From Nitrosospira multiformis ATCC 25196 (GTDB lineage: Bacteria; Pseudomonadota; Gammaproteobacteria; Burkholderiales; Nitrosomonadaceae), in NCBI RefSeq assembly GCF_000196355.1, contig NC_007614.1:1-32000 (forward strand): a DNA stretch of 32,000 nucleotides. The letters are read 5' to 3'. The position numbers were made by a program, and so were the translations under genes. This document shows, piece by piece, positions 1-11,538 of this stretch (positions are counted from its first letter, which is position 1; each line of letters begins with the position of its first letter). A model generated the notes under the pieces. The model had not been told where the DNA came from and did no database searches. It saw nothing but the letters and a program-made list of their open reading frames with translations.

Positions 1-68
1 AACGGTCTAGAATATTCCGCTCACCTCGCTCGCAACTTCCGTTCCTTCCCCAACGAGTCATTAATATC

Positions 69-1499
69 ATGCTTGCACCGGATACCTTTTGGCTTGCCTG
101 TCTCGAATATTTTGAAAATGAACTGAGCGCGCAGCAATTCAATACCTGGATCAAACCCCTGCGCCTGCAACTGTCGGACGACTCGCCCGAGCCCGCCCTC
201 AGGCTGATCGCACCCAACCGTTTTGTCCTCCAGTGGGTAAAGGACAACTTTTTAAGCGACATCACGCAGATGGCGGAAAACCACTTCGCGCGTCCGGTTC
301 AGCTGCAGTTGGAGCTAGCCGGACAAATTCCGGCCAGCGCGTCCCCCTCGACTGGGAGGAATAACGGCACGGCTTCCCATTCGATTACTGCGGTGTTCGA
401 TGCGCCGACAGAATCAGCGCAAAAGGCCCCGAAGGATACGAAAGATACAAAGGATGCGAAGGAAAAACAGGAAAAAAATCCAACCCGACTGAATCCCTCT
501 TTCACCTTCAACACTTTCGTCACAGGAAAGGCAAACCAGCTGGCACGGGCCGGGGCTATTCAGGTTGCGGAACGTCCCGGCGTTGCTTATAACCCCTTCT
601 TCATCTACGGGGGGGTAGGATTGGGAAAAACCCACCTGATTCAAGCGATCGGCAATTTCGTTGTGGAGCAAAATCCGGCTGCCAAGGTTCGCTACATTCA
701 CTCGGAGCAATACGTTTCAGACGTAGTAAGGGCTTACCAACATAAGGCATTCGATGAATTCAAGCGCTACTATCATTCGCTGGACCTGCTGCTGATCGAC
801 GATATCCAGTTTTTTGGGGGAAAAAACCGTACGCAGGAAGAGTTTTTCTATGCCTTCAACGCCCTGATCGAAGCGCATAAGCAAGTCATCATCACCTGCG
901 ACTCTTACCCGAAGGAAATCGCGGGCATGGAAGAACGGTTGATTTCGCGTTTCGGGTGGGGCTTGACAGTAGCGGTGGAACCTCCTGAACTGGAAATGCG
1001 TGTCGCGATTCTCCTGAAGAAAGCGTTGATGGAAGATATCATTCTGGATGAAAGCGTCGCCTTTTTCATCGCAAAACACATTCGCTCCAACGTACGCGAA
1101 CTGGAGGGCGCTTTGAAAAGAGTGGTTGCTTACTCACGCTTCACCGGTCATGCCCTGACGCTGGATTTGGCACGGGAAGCATTGAAAGATCTACTGGCGG
1201 TACAGAACCGGCAAATCTCCATTGAAAACATTCAAAAAACAGTGGCGGATTACTACAAGATCAAGGTCGCCGAAATGTACTCCAAAAAGCGGTCGCGGGT
1301 TGTTGCCCGCCCCCGCCAAATGGCCATGGCCATCTCCAAGGAACTCACTCCTCTGAGCCTGCCCGATATCGGGGAAGCTTTCGGGGGTCGGGATCATACC
1401 ACCGTACTGCATGGATATCGGAAGATTGCCGAATTGCGCGCTTCCGATCCTGCCGTCAATCGTGACTTCAATACCTTACTGCACATTCTCCGCGGCTAA
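69..1499 (+). CDS. dnaA: Chromosomal replication initiator protein DnaA
   Basis: 476-aa ORF from ATG 69. It has the domain I motif [10 protein letters not shown], Walker [11 protein letters not shown], an AAA+ core and the C-terminal DnaA-box-binding HTH ([11 protein letters not shown]). The variable linker contains three tandem 9-nt repeats (KDT-KDT-KDA, 432-458). Confidence 0.98.
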   Translation: MLAPDTFWLACLEYFENELSAQQFNTWIKPLRLQLSDDSPEPALRLIAPNRFVLQWVKDNFLSDITQMAENHFARPVQLQLELAGQIPASASPSTGRNNGTASHSITAVFDAPTESAQKAPKDTKDTKDAKEKQEKNPTRLNPSFTFNTFVTGKANQLARAGAIQVAERPGVAYNPFFIYGGVGLGKTHLIQAIGNFVVEQNPAAKVRYIHSEQYVSDVVRAYQHKAFDEFKRYYHSLDLLLIDDIQFFGGKNRTQEEFFYAFNALIEAHKQVIITCDSYPKEIAGMEERLISRFGWGLTVAVEPPELEMRVAILLKKALMEDIILDESVAFFIAKHIRSNVRELEGALKRVVAYSRFTGHALTLDLAREALKDLLAVQNRQISIENIQKTVADYYKIKVAEMYSKKRSRVVARPRQMAMAISKELTPLSLPDIGEAFGGRDHTTVLHGYRKIAELRASDPAVNRDFNTLLHILRG

Positions 1500-1541
1500 T
1501 CACAAGCTGAACAAAAAACTGAAGTTAACATCAGGATGAAT

Positions 1542-1550
1542 TGGGGATAA
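1542..1550 (-). promoter_or_regulatory. DnaA-box-like 9-mer TTATCCCCA (8/9 match to TTATCCACA)
   Basis: The + strand reads TGGGGATAA inside the AT-rich dnaA-dnaN spacer. Confidence 0.4.
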
Positions 1551-1588
1551 CTCATCGCTTTTATTTAGACTTTAATTCTGCTCACAAA

Positions 1589-1597
1589 CTATCCACA
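1589..1597 (+). promoter_or_regulatory. DnaA-box-like 9-mer CTATCCACA (8/9 match to TTATCCACA)
   Basis: Read directly in the dnaA-dnaN spacer, 39 bp from the other box-like site and in the opposite orientation. Confidence 0.4.
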
Positions 1598-1718
1598 GTC
1601 CATACCTTATTGATACAGAAATACAAAATAGCCTAATATGCTGATATCAGGCGAATTTCCCTACTTTTACCGGATTTCGCCATTTCTTATTAACTATTAC
1701 TAGCTTTACAATTAGAAA

Positions 1719-2828
1719 ATGAAACTGATAGAAGCCGACAGGGATACACTGCTCAAGCCTTTGCAAACGGTTACCGGTATTGTCGAGCGACGTCATACCT
1801 TACCCATCCTCTCCAACGTACTCATCGAGCGCAAGCAGGAAAACATTTCGTTTATCGCGACCGATCTTGAAATCCAGATTACTACCTCCACCACGGATGG
1901 GGGCAAGGTGAGGGAGGAATACTCGGTAACGGTTGCTGCAAAAAAGCTTCAGGATATATTGCGCGCACTCCCCGAGAAAATGCGGGTGACGTTGGAAACG
2001 AACGATAGTCGTCTTCAGGCCAAGGCGGGAAAAAGTCGCTTCAATCTGCAAACACTTCCTGCTGAAGATTTTCCAAAATTCCCCGAAAGTAATGAAACGC
2101 AGGGAACAGTCAAGGTCCAGCAGAAGGAACTGAAGCATCTCTTGGCGATGGTACAGTATGCCATGGCTCACCAGGACATTCGCTACTACCTGAATGGGCT
2201 GCTGTTATTGCTGGAAAACAATCAACTGAAAGTGGTTGCCACCGATGGCCATCGGTTGGCATTCGCCCTGATGATGCTCGAGACATCATTGGAAAGAAAG
2301 GAAGTCATTCTTCCTCGCAAAGTGGTGCTCGAATTATCCCGGCTATTGAATGAAACCGAGGACCCGGTAACCATAGAGGTTCTTCAGAACCAGGTGCGTT
2401 TTACCTTCTCCAATGTCGTTCTGGTATCCAAAGTGGTCGATGGAAAATTTCCGGACTATAACCGCGTCATTCCCACCGGCTATCAGAAGCAATTCGACAT
2501 AAACCGTCTGTTACTACTTCAGACACTGCAACGCGCTGCAATCCTGTCCAATGAAAAATTTCGCGGAGTCCGTCTCATCCTTACCGCCGACAATCTTCGA
2601 ATCGTCTGCAATAACAGCGAACAGGAAGAAGCGCAGGAAGAACTGGAACTTCAATACAATGGAGACGGTCTCGACATCGGCTTCAACATTACTTATCTGC
2701 TTGATGTGCTGAACAATGCGGACAGTGAAACAGTAACGTGTGCATTTGGCGATGCCAACAGCAGTGCGTTGATTACCATTCCAGGTAACGACAGTTTCAA
2801 ATATGTGGTCATGCCCATGCGCATATGA
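1719..2828 (+). CDS. dnaN: DNA polymerase III beta sliding clamp
   Basis: 369-aa ORF directly after dnaA. It has the typical N-terminus (MKLIEADRDTLLKPLQ..VERRHTLPILSNVL) and C-terminus (KYVVMPMRI). Confidence 0.97.
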   Translation: MKLIEADRDTLLKPLQTVTGIVERRHTLPILSNVLIERKQENISFIATDLEIQITTSTTDGGKVREEYSVTVAAKKLQDILRALPEKMRVTLETNDSRLQAKAGKSRFNLQTLPAEDFPKFPESNETQGTVKVQQKELKHLLAMVQYAMAHQDIRYYLNGLLLLLENNQLKVVATDGHRLAFALMMLETSLERKEVILPRKVVLELSRLLNETEDPVTIEVLQNQVRFTFSNVVLVSKVVDGKFPDYNRVIPTGYQKQFDINRLLLLQTLQRAAILSNEKFRGVRLILTADNLRIVCNNSEQEEAQEELELQYNGDGLDIGFNITYLLDVLNNADSETVTCAFGDANSSALITIPGNDSFKYVVMPMRI

Positions 2829-2894
2829 GGTAAATGTCAGGTCATTCACAGGCTTTGCAGCTTCACAGGGGCAAAAGCGTCCCTCGGTCGGTTA

Positions 2895-2903
2895 TGGTAT
2901 AAT
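2895..2903 (+). promoter_or_regulatory. Candidate extended -10 promoter element (TGgTATAAT) upstream of gyrB
   Basis: TGGTATAAT read at 2895-2903 in the 328-bp dnaN-gyrB spacer. There is no good -35. It would give a leader of about 250 nt. Confidence 0.3.
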
Positions 2904-3135
2904 CCTTTGATTACTGCACGGCATTTTCCTGTATTGCAGACTCAGCTACGATCTTTGTTGAGTTTCCTTGAGCCTTCCCTGAGTGGCTTCCTGAGCCCTG
3001 ATCCCACAGGTGAGTGAAAACCGGCTCTCCGTAGCGTTTGCTCTAGATGTTTCCCGATAGCAGTCAGCAGGATTTGCAATAAAGTCATTGCGAATCCGTC
3101 AGTGTGGAAGGGAGTGGATATTTCGTTTCAAATAA

Positions 3136-5589
<2,454 letters not shown>

Positions 5590-5729
5590 CTGATGCGTCA
5601 ATTGCCTCGAACCAATACGTGAAGATGGCACTGCTACTTCGCCTCATAGATGGCGTCTTGACGCAATCCGCATCTTTAGATGGTAAACTCCCAGTTTTTC
5701 AATAAAAATTATTCACAGGTTTTAACAAC

Positions 5730-6980
5730 ATGCTGTCCTCATACAATACTCTCGAAACCGTCGACCCCGATCTCTGGCAAGCCATCAAAGGCGAGATGCA
5801 GCGCCAGGAAGAATATATCGAGCTGATTGCTTCGGAGAATTATGCAAGTCCTGCAGTGATGCAAGCGCAGGGCTCGGTGCTGACTAACAAGTATGCCGAG
5901 GGTTATCCCGGCAAGCGCTACTACGGCGGCTGCGAGTATGTGGATGTCGTGGAACAGCTGGCAATCGACCGGGTAAGGGCGCTGTTCGACGCGGAGTATG
6001 TCAACGTCCAGCCGCATTCGGGCTCACAGGCCAACGCGGCAGTCTATCTGACCGCCTTGAAGCCGGGAGATACTCTGCTGGGGATGTCGCTCGCGCATGG
6101 CGGGCATCTGACACATGGCGCTTCGGTCAATCTCAGCGGCAAGATTTTCAATGCCGTTTCCTATGGCCTTCGTTCTGATACCGAAGAGCTGGACTATGAC
6201 GAGGTTGCGCGCCTGGCGCACGAGCATAAGCCCAAGCTGATCGTGGCAGGGGCTTCGGCTTACTCGCTGGTGATAGACTGGAAGCGCTTCCGTAAGATTG
6301 CCGACGATATAGGGGCCTATCTGTTCGTGGATATGGCGCATTATGCGGGACTGGTTGCGGCAGGATACTATCCCAATCCCGTCGGCATCGCCGATTTCGT
6401 CACGAGCACCACCCACAAGACGCTGCGCGGTCCGCGGGGCGGGATCATCATGGCCAGGGCCGAGCATGAAAAAGCGCTCAATTCCGCTATTTTCCCGCAA
6501 ACCCAGGGGGGGCCGTTGATGCATGTCATTGCCGCCAAGGCAGTAGCCTTCAAGGAAGCCGCCAGCCAGGAGTTCAAGGACTACCAGGAACAGGTAATCG
6601 ACAATGCGCGCGTAATGGCGAAAGTGTTGCAGGAGCGCGGATTGCGCATCGTCTCGGGGCGCACCGACTGCCACATGTTTCTGGTGGACCTCCGCCCCAA
6701 GTATATTACCGGCAAGCAGGCCGCCGAATCGCTGGAAGTGGCGCATATCACCGTCAACAAAAATGCGATTCCCAACGACCCGCAGAAACCCTTCGTCACC
6801 AGTGGGATTCGAATCGGCTCTCCCGCCATCACCACCCGCGGCTTTGCCGAATTCGAATCCGAACAACTGGCTCATCTGATAGCTGATGTACTGGAAGCGC
6901 CGACCGATTCCTCGGTGCTCACGGAGGTTGCACGCCAGGCAAAAGCGCTATGTGCAAAATTTCCGGTTTACCAAGGGTAA
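5730..6980 (+). CDS. glyA: Serine hydroxymethyltransferase
   Basis: 416-aa ORF with the PLP-lysine region [14 protein letters not shown] and a typical N-terminus ([35 protein letters not shown]). Confidence 0.97.
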   Translation: MLSSYNTLETVDPDLWQAIKGEMQRQEEYIELIASENYASPAVMQAQGSVLTNKYAEGYPGKRYYGGCEYVDVVEQLAIDRVRALFDAEYVNVQPHSGSQANAAVYLTALKPGDTLLGMSLAHGGHLTHGASVNLSGKIFNAVSYGLRSDTEELDYDEVARLAHEHKPKLIVAGASAYSLVIDWKRFRKIADDIGAYLFVDMAHYAGLVAAGYYPNPVGIADFVTSTTHKTLRGPRGGIIMARAEHEKALNSAIFPQTQGGPLMHVIAAKAVAFKEAASQEFKDYQEQVIDNARVMAKVLQERGLRIVSGRTDCHMFLVDLRPKYITGKQAAESLEVAHITVNKNAIPNDPQKPFVTSGIRIGSPAITTRGFAEFESEQLAHLIADVLEAPTDSSVLTEVARQAKALCAKFPVYQG

Positions 6981-7109
6981 TCGCGCAATGGAGCGGCGCA
7001 TTCTGACGTCGCTTCCTCGTCTCGGCATAGTCGATCTGGTCGATCTTAAGCTGGATCAATTTGCTTCGGCTCCAGGGTTGAAGCCGGCCGAACGGTTCCA
7101 GGTTGACGC

Positions 7110-7589
7110 ATGAAGTGTCCTTTCTGCCATACGCCCGATACGAGCGTGATCGACTCCAGGGTGAGCGAGGAAGGCGACAGGATACGCCGCCGCCGGCGCT
7201 GCCCCCACTGTGACAAACGCTTCACCACTTATGAAACCGTGGAATTGCGGTTGCCGCAGGTCGTAAAACAGGATGGCAATCGCGCCGAGTTCGATCGCGA
7301 AAAATTGCGTACCGGTTTCGTACGCGCATTGCACAAGCGTCCGGTTTCGGCAGAGGATGTGGAAGCGGCAATGAATCGCGTCGTCCAGAAGCTGCTAAGC
7401 TTGGGTGAACGGGAGATCGCCTCGCACAAGATTGGCGAGATGGTGATGGGAGAACTCTATAAACTGGACAAGGTCGCGTACATTCGCTTTGCTTCTGTCT
7501 ATCGAAGTTTTCAGGGGGCGGCCGATTTCGACGATGCAATCCGGGAACTGCAAGGATCAGATAGCAGGAAAGAACCGGACAAACCCTGA
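7110..7589 (+). CDS. nrdR: Transcriptional repressor NrdR
   Basis: 159-aa ORF with an N-terminal zinc ribbon (MKCPFC...CPHC) followed by an ATP-cone. It sits in the conserved glyA-nrdR-ribD position. Confidence 0.95.
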   Translation: MKCPFCHTPDTSVIDSRVSEEGDRIRRRRRCPHCDKRFTTYETVELRLPQVVKQDGNRAEFDREKLRTGFVRALHKRPVSAEDVEAAMNRVVQKLLSLGEREIASHKIGEMVMGELYKLDKVAYIRFASVYRSFQGAADFDDAIRELQGSDSRKEPDKP

Positions 7590-7691
7590 TTCACACGTTT
7601 TACCTTCTGTATTGTGTTTTTCCGGCAGATCCCACAAGCGCCGCGTCTGCGCTTGAGTTCCACGCTGAATTTGCAGTTTCGCCTCTGAACA

Positions 7692-8804
7692 ATGGAGTTT
7701 CCAATGTTCTCGCCAACCGATTACCGCTTCATGGCCCAGGCGCTGCGGCTTGCAGAAAAAGGGCTTTATAGTACAAGCCCGAACCCCCGCGTGGGTTGTG
7801 TGCTGGTACGCGATGGACAGGTGGTGGGTACGGGCTGGCACGAACGCGCTGGCGAAGCGCATGCGGAAATAAATGCACTGGCTGCCGCCGGACCGGCAGC
7901 CCGGGGCGCCCTTGCCTATCTCACGCTGGAGCCGTGCAGTCACTATGGCCGCACTCCACCCTGCGCCGATGCCCTGGTTCAGGCAGGTGTCGCGAAAGTC
8001 ATTACAGCCATGCAGGACCCGAATCCCCTCGTGGCCGGTCGCGGCTGCGCCCTTCTGGAAGAGGCGGGGATAGAAGTGAAAACCGGCTTGATGGAAGCGG
8101 AAGCGAAAGCTTTGAATATCGGATTTGTCTCGCGCATGACCCGCGGTCGTCCCTGGGTCAGGGTCAAGATCGCGGCAAGTCTCGATGGCAAGACGGCGCT
8201 CAACAACGGGTCCAGTCAATGGATCACGAGCGCGGCGGCACGCCGGGACGGGCACCGCTGGCGCGCCCGTTCCTGCGCGGTAATGACCGGCATTGGTACG
8301 GTGTTGGCCGATGACCCGCAGCTCACGGTGCGCCATATCCATACCTCCAGGCAACCTATGCCGGTAGTGGTGGACAGGGGACTGGATATACCGCTGGATG
8401 CAGGATTGCTGCGAGGCGCAGGCGAACTGGTTTTTACCGCTGCTGCCAGTGAAGGCAAAATTGTCGCGTTACGGGACGTGGGGGCGCACGTCATCCTGTT
8501 GCCGGATAGCGCTGGCAACGTGGATCTGGCTGCTATGATGCGACGGCTTGCGGATCTCGAAATAAACGAAGTGCTGGTGGAGGCGGGATCCGGCTTGAAT
8601 GGAGGGCTTATCCAGGCGGATTTGGTGGATGAGTTCGTCATTTATCTTGCCCCCTGTCTGATCGGGAATGCGGCGCGGGACATGCTCAAATTACCGGAAC
8701 TCTCGAATCTGGAAGACAAGCGAGCCCTCAAGATCCACAATGTACGCGCCGTGGGGCAGGATATTCGCATTATTGCCCGTGGCCCTGACGGGATGGCTAC
8801 ATAA
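7692..8804 (+). CDS. ribD: Bifunctional riboflavin biosynthesis protein RibD (pyrimidine deaminase / uracil reductase)
   Basis: 370-aa ORF with the deaminase zinc motifs HAEINAL and LEPCSHYGRTPPC plus the C-terminal reductase domain. The start could instead be the ATG at 7704. Confidence 0.93.
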   Translation: MEFPMFSPTDYRFMAQALRLAEKGLYSTSPNPRVGCVLVRDGQVVGTGWHERAGEAHAEINALAAAGPAARGALAYLTLEPCSHYGRTPPCADALVQAGVAKVITAMQDPNPLVAGRGCALLEEAGIEVKTGLMEAEAKALNIGFVSRMTRGRPWVRVKIAASLDGKTALNNGSSQWITSAAARRDGHRWRARSCAVMTGIGTVLADDPQLTVRHIHTSRQPMPVVVDRGLDIPLDAGLLRGAGELVFTAAASEGKIVALRDVGAHVILLPDSAGNVDLAAMMRRLADLEINEVLVEAGSGLNGGLIQADLVDEFVIYLAPCLIGNAARDMLKLPELSNLEDKRALKIHNVRAVGQDIRIIARGPDGMAT

Positions 8805-8890
8805 TTTGAATGGATTCTTTTATTTCTTGCTGAATCTTCATGTAAGTTAGCATACACTTTCTCGGGATGTGGCAGAATGAAAGGAGCGGC

Positions 8891-9454
8891 TCATGTTTTC
8901 GCGGGATACTTGGTGAGCTTCCGCTGCAATGTCCGCCGGTGCATGTTAAGGACGCGCGCCGTTACAGAAACGTTCCCCTTGTTCTCGTTGAGTACGCGCT
9001 GAATATACTCCCACTCAAGCCGCCCCACGGACAGGGGGTGAGCGCTGATCTGCACGTCTGCATCCCCGGTCGTGCGCTCGAACGCCGCCATGATTTCATG
9101 AACGTCGACCGGCTTCGCGAGATAGTGGGTGGCGCCGAGTTTGATGGCTTCGACCGCGGTAGCGATGCTGGCGTAGCCTGTCAGCATGACGATACGCGTG
9201 CCGGGATCGAGTGCTTTCAGCTTTTCGACCAGGGATAATCCGGAAGGACCGGGCAGTCTGAGATCGACAACGGCATACTCCGGGGCGCAGGCCTCCGCAA
9301 GCTCCAGTGCCTGATCCACGTTATGCGCGCAGGTGACGGTGAATCCGCGTTTGGTCATTGCATTGGCAAGAACCGTACAAAAGGTCTGGTCATCATCCAC
9401 AATCAGCAAGGCGGGACGATCATCCACTTCTGTCATGGGTAACGTTGTTGTCAT
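8891..9454 (-). CDS. RegA/PrrA/ActR/RoxR-family response regulator
   Basis: 187-aa ORF with a receiver domain (LLIVDDD...VVDLRLP...KP) and the near-invariant RegA C-terminal HTH (NVSVTARVLNMHRRTLQRKL). Its ATG overlaps the kinase stop (ATGA at 9451-9454). Confidence 0.9.
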   Translation of the reverse strand: MTTTLPMTEVDDRPALLIVDDDQTFCTVLANAMTKRGFTVTCAHNVDQALELAEACAPEYAVVDLRLPGPSGLSLVEKLKALDPGTRIVMLTGYASIATAVEAIKLGATHYLAKPVDVHEIMAAFERTTGDADVQISAHPLSVGRLEWEYIQRVLNENKGNVSVTARVLNMHRRTLQRKLTKYPAKT

Positions 9455-10716
9455 ATCGATGGCTGTATCAGAGGAAGTATGACTTGGGTACAGGCGCCGC
9501 CTTCACGATTGGTCAGGCGTACCTTGCCGCCAAAGCGTTCGATGTTTGCATTTGCCAGAAACAGGCCGATGCCGAAACCCTGTCCTTTTGTTTTGGTGGT
9601 GAAAAAGGGCTGGCCGGCGCGCTGGGCCGCCTCTCCTCTCAGTCCTTCTCCATAATCGAGTATCTGCAGATGCAGCTCCTGATGACTCCAGGTAACTTCT
9701 ATCTCGATGTGTTTCAAGGATGCGTCCGCCGCATTATTCAACAGATTCAAAATGGACTGGCTCAGCAATTGCGTGTTCAGAATCTGGGGAGCCGGCTGCA
9801 CTCCGCTGCCGCGATAGGTAAACTGGGCAGAGGGCCGCATCAATTGCCATTTATCCACAACCTGGCGCAAAAAAAGATCGACCGTCTGGCCACTGACATC
9901 TTCGGCGCGTGCCTGCCCCGCATCCGCCAGCAATTGCGTCAGGGTGCGCTTGCAGTGCGCGATCTGATCCCGCAGAATTCTGATATTGCCTTGAAATTCG
10001 GTATCGTCGATATATTCGTCCTGCAATTCCCCCGTGACTATCGCCATGGTTGCCAGCGGGGTGCCCAGTTCATGCGCGGCGCCGGCGGCCAGCGTTCCGA
10101 GCGCAATGATCTGCTCATTACGCAATGCCTGCTCACGCGCCAACGCCAGGTCCTTGTCGCGTTCGCGGATCGATATGCCCATCTTGACAACGAACCACGC
10201 GATCAATACCGTGCTCAGGACGAAAGCCAGCCACATCCCGGACACATGCATGATGAATTCGCTGCCATGTTCTTCGTGGTTATGGGGCAGGGGCACATAA
10301 TAAAACAGCAACAGCGTATAGCAACTTATGGTGATGGCAGCCATCACCCAGGTATAAGCCCATGGCAGCGCAGCCGCGGCAATAGTCAGAGGCAGAAGGT
10401 ATAGCGAGATAAATGGATTGGTCGAGCCGCCGCTGAGATAAAGCAGCGTGCTTAAAGCAAGGACGTCCACCAGGAGTTGTGCAAAGAACTCCATGCTGGA
10501 AACCGGCCATTTCCGATGGAGACGTATCCAGGTCGCCAGGTTCACCACCCCCAGCAAGACCGCAACCGCGACCATTTCCGCCCAGGGCAATTCCAGTTCG
10601 AGCCCCCAGTAAGCCAGTGCAAAGGTCAGGCACTGGGCCGCGATGACGATATTCCGGAGCAGGAATAAACGTTGCAGATTCTTGCGGAGGGGTGGCTGGC
10701 CGGGATTTACAAGCAT
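9451..10716 (-). CDS. RegB/PrrB/ActS/RoxS-family redox-sensing histidine kinase
   Basis: Multi-pass membrane N-terminus containing GGxxNPF (LSGGSTNPFISLY), H-box AAHELGTPL, a Cys 40 residues after the His (IAHCKRTL) and an HATPase_c domain. I prefer the ATG at 10716. The ORF-track start at 10776 is a TTG that lies within a -10-like GATAAT region. Confidence 0.88.
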   Translation of the reverse strand: MLVNPGQPPLRKNLQRLFLLRNIVIAAQCLTFALAYWGLELELPWAEMVAVAVLLGVVNLATWIRLHRKWPVSSMEFFAQLLVDVLALSTLLYLSGGSTNPFISLYLLPLTIAAAALPWAYTWVMAAITISCYTLLLFYYVPLPHNHEEHGSEFIMHVSGMWLAFVLSTVLIAWFVVKMGISIRERDKDLALAREQALRNEQIIALGTLAAGAAHELGTPLATMAIVTGELQDEYIDDTEFQGNIRILRDQIAHCKRTLTQLLADAGQARAEDVSGQTVDLFLRQVVDKWQLMRPSAQFTYRGSGVQPAPQILNTQLLSQSILNLLNNAADASLKHIEIEVTWSHQELHLQILDYGEGLRGEAAQRAGQPFFTTKTKGQGFGIGLFLANANIERFGGKVRLTNREGGACTQVILPLIQPSI

Positions 10717-10820
10717 TTTCGTCGCGGATTCTCTCGTGCACGGGGGAGCCTTGAGAACTTCCCTGGGCTTCTCCAAGGCTTCGCTATATTATCCCCGAAC
10801 ATTAGCGTATATTGCCATGC

Positions 10821-10851
10821 AGGACCATGCGGCAAATTGCCGCATGGTCCT
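10821..10851. promoter_or_regulatory. 31-bp perfect palindrome in the regB/ribE divergent promoter region (candidate operator)
   Basis: AGGACCATGCGGCAA-A-TTGCCGCATGGTCCT read directly: 15-nt arms with no mismatch. Confidence 0.5.
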
Positions 10852-10911
10852 ACAAAGCAAAGGGAAAAAGGAACAATATCGCTATGCATATTTGAAAGCA
10901 GGAAAGACCCG

Positions 10912-11538
10912 ATGTTCACAGGAATTGTCGAGGCTGTCGGCGAGATCAAGACGGCCAATCCACAGAAAAATGGCTTAAGCTTACGCATTGCGCCCGGCAA
11001 GCTGTCTCTGGCAGAGACAAAAGTCGGCGATAGCATCGCGGTGAATGGCGTATGCCTCACCGTTACTGGGCTGGCAGACAATCTGTTATCTGTAGATGTC
11101 TCGGGCGAAACATTGCAGTGCACGCAAGGACTGGATAAACCGGGCGGAAAGGTTAATCTCGAAAAATCGCTGCGCCTGTCGGACGGGCTGGATGGGCACC
11201 TCGTCAGCGGTCATGTCGACGGAGTTGGAGAGGTGACAAAGTTTCAGCCCCTGGGTGAAAGCAGCCTGCTTGCGATCCGGTTGCCGGATTCGCTGCTGAA
11301 ATATATTGCTAAAAAAGGTTCAATCACGGTGAATGGCGTGAGTTTGACGGTCAACCGGGTAGAGCGTGACGAATTGGAGATCAACCTCATTCCTCATACG
11401 CTAGCTGAAACGACACTGAAAGAATTGAAAGCGGGTGCCAGGGTAAATGTGGAAGTGGATATGCTCGCACGCTACGTGGAGCGCCTCCTACTGGCGATGG
11501 ACGACAAGCACAGGAGCGAGAGCTCGGTTCAGACATGA
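10912..11538 (+). CDS. ribE: Riboflavin synthase alpha chain
   Basis: Canonical start MFTGIVEAVGEI at ATG 10912. The ORF-track start at 10672 is an upstream extension with no homology. It has the internal duplicated lumazine-binding repeats, and its stop overlaps the next ATG (ATGA). Confidence 0.94.
   Translation: MFTGIVEAVGEIKTANPQKNGLSLRIAPGKLSLAETKVGDSIAVNGVCLTVTGLADNLLSVDVSGETLQCTQGLDKPGGKVNLEKSLRLSDGLDGHLVSGHVDGVGEVTKFQPLGESSLLAIRLPDSLLKYIAKKGSITVNGVSLTVNRVERDELEINLIPHTLAETTLKELKAGARVNVEVDMLARYVERLLLAMDDKHRSESSVQT

Noticed and set aside
5590-5729. ZTP (pfl) or other riboswitch upstream of glyA
   Set aside because: There is no GGGTCGTGAC...CCGCCTGGGC-type pseudoknot signature or other conserved core. 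The spacer is short and AT-rich.
6024-6875. 283-aa ORF antisense to glyA
   Set aside because: It is antisense to an unambiguous SHMT gene, a shadow ORF.
9851-9859. Perfect DnaA box TTATCCACA inside the regB coding region
   Set aside because: A single perfect 9-mer has roughly a one-in-four chance of occurring somewhere in 64 kb of two-strand sequence. It is isolated and lies inside a gene.
9358-10404. 348-aa + strand ORF overlapping regA/regB
   Set aside because: It is antisense to a kinase with clear H-box, GGxxNPF and ATPase motifs, and has no recognisable domain of its own.
10672-10911. N-terminal extensions given by the ORF track (ribE from 10672, trxB from 23081, pgpA from 14844, ribH from 12755, lipoprotein genes from 30390 and 30335)
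   Set aside because: In each case the conserved protein begins at an internal ATG. For ribH (12785) and the 29878..30336 lipoprotein gene (30336) that ATG also has a clear SD. The extension overlaps a neighbouring gene or promoter and has no homology.
10777-10911. FMN (RFN) riboswitch upstream of ribE
   Set aside because: I looked for the conserved RFN core (GGGCAGGGTGAAATTCCC...CCGACGGT-type elements) and none is present. The only structure is the 31-bp palindrome.
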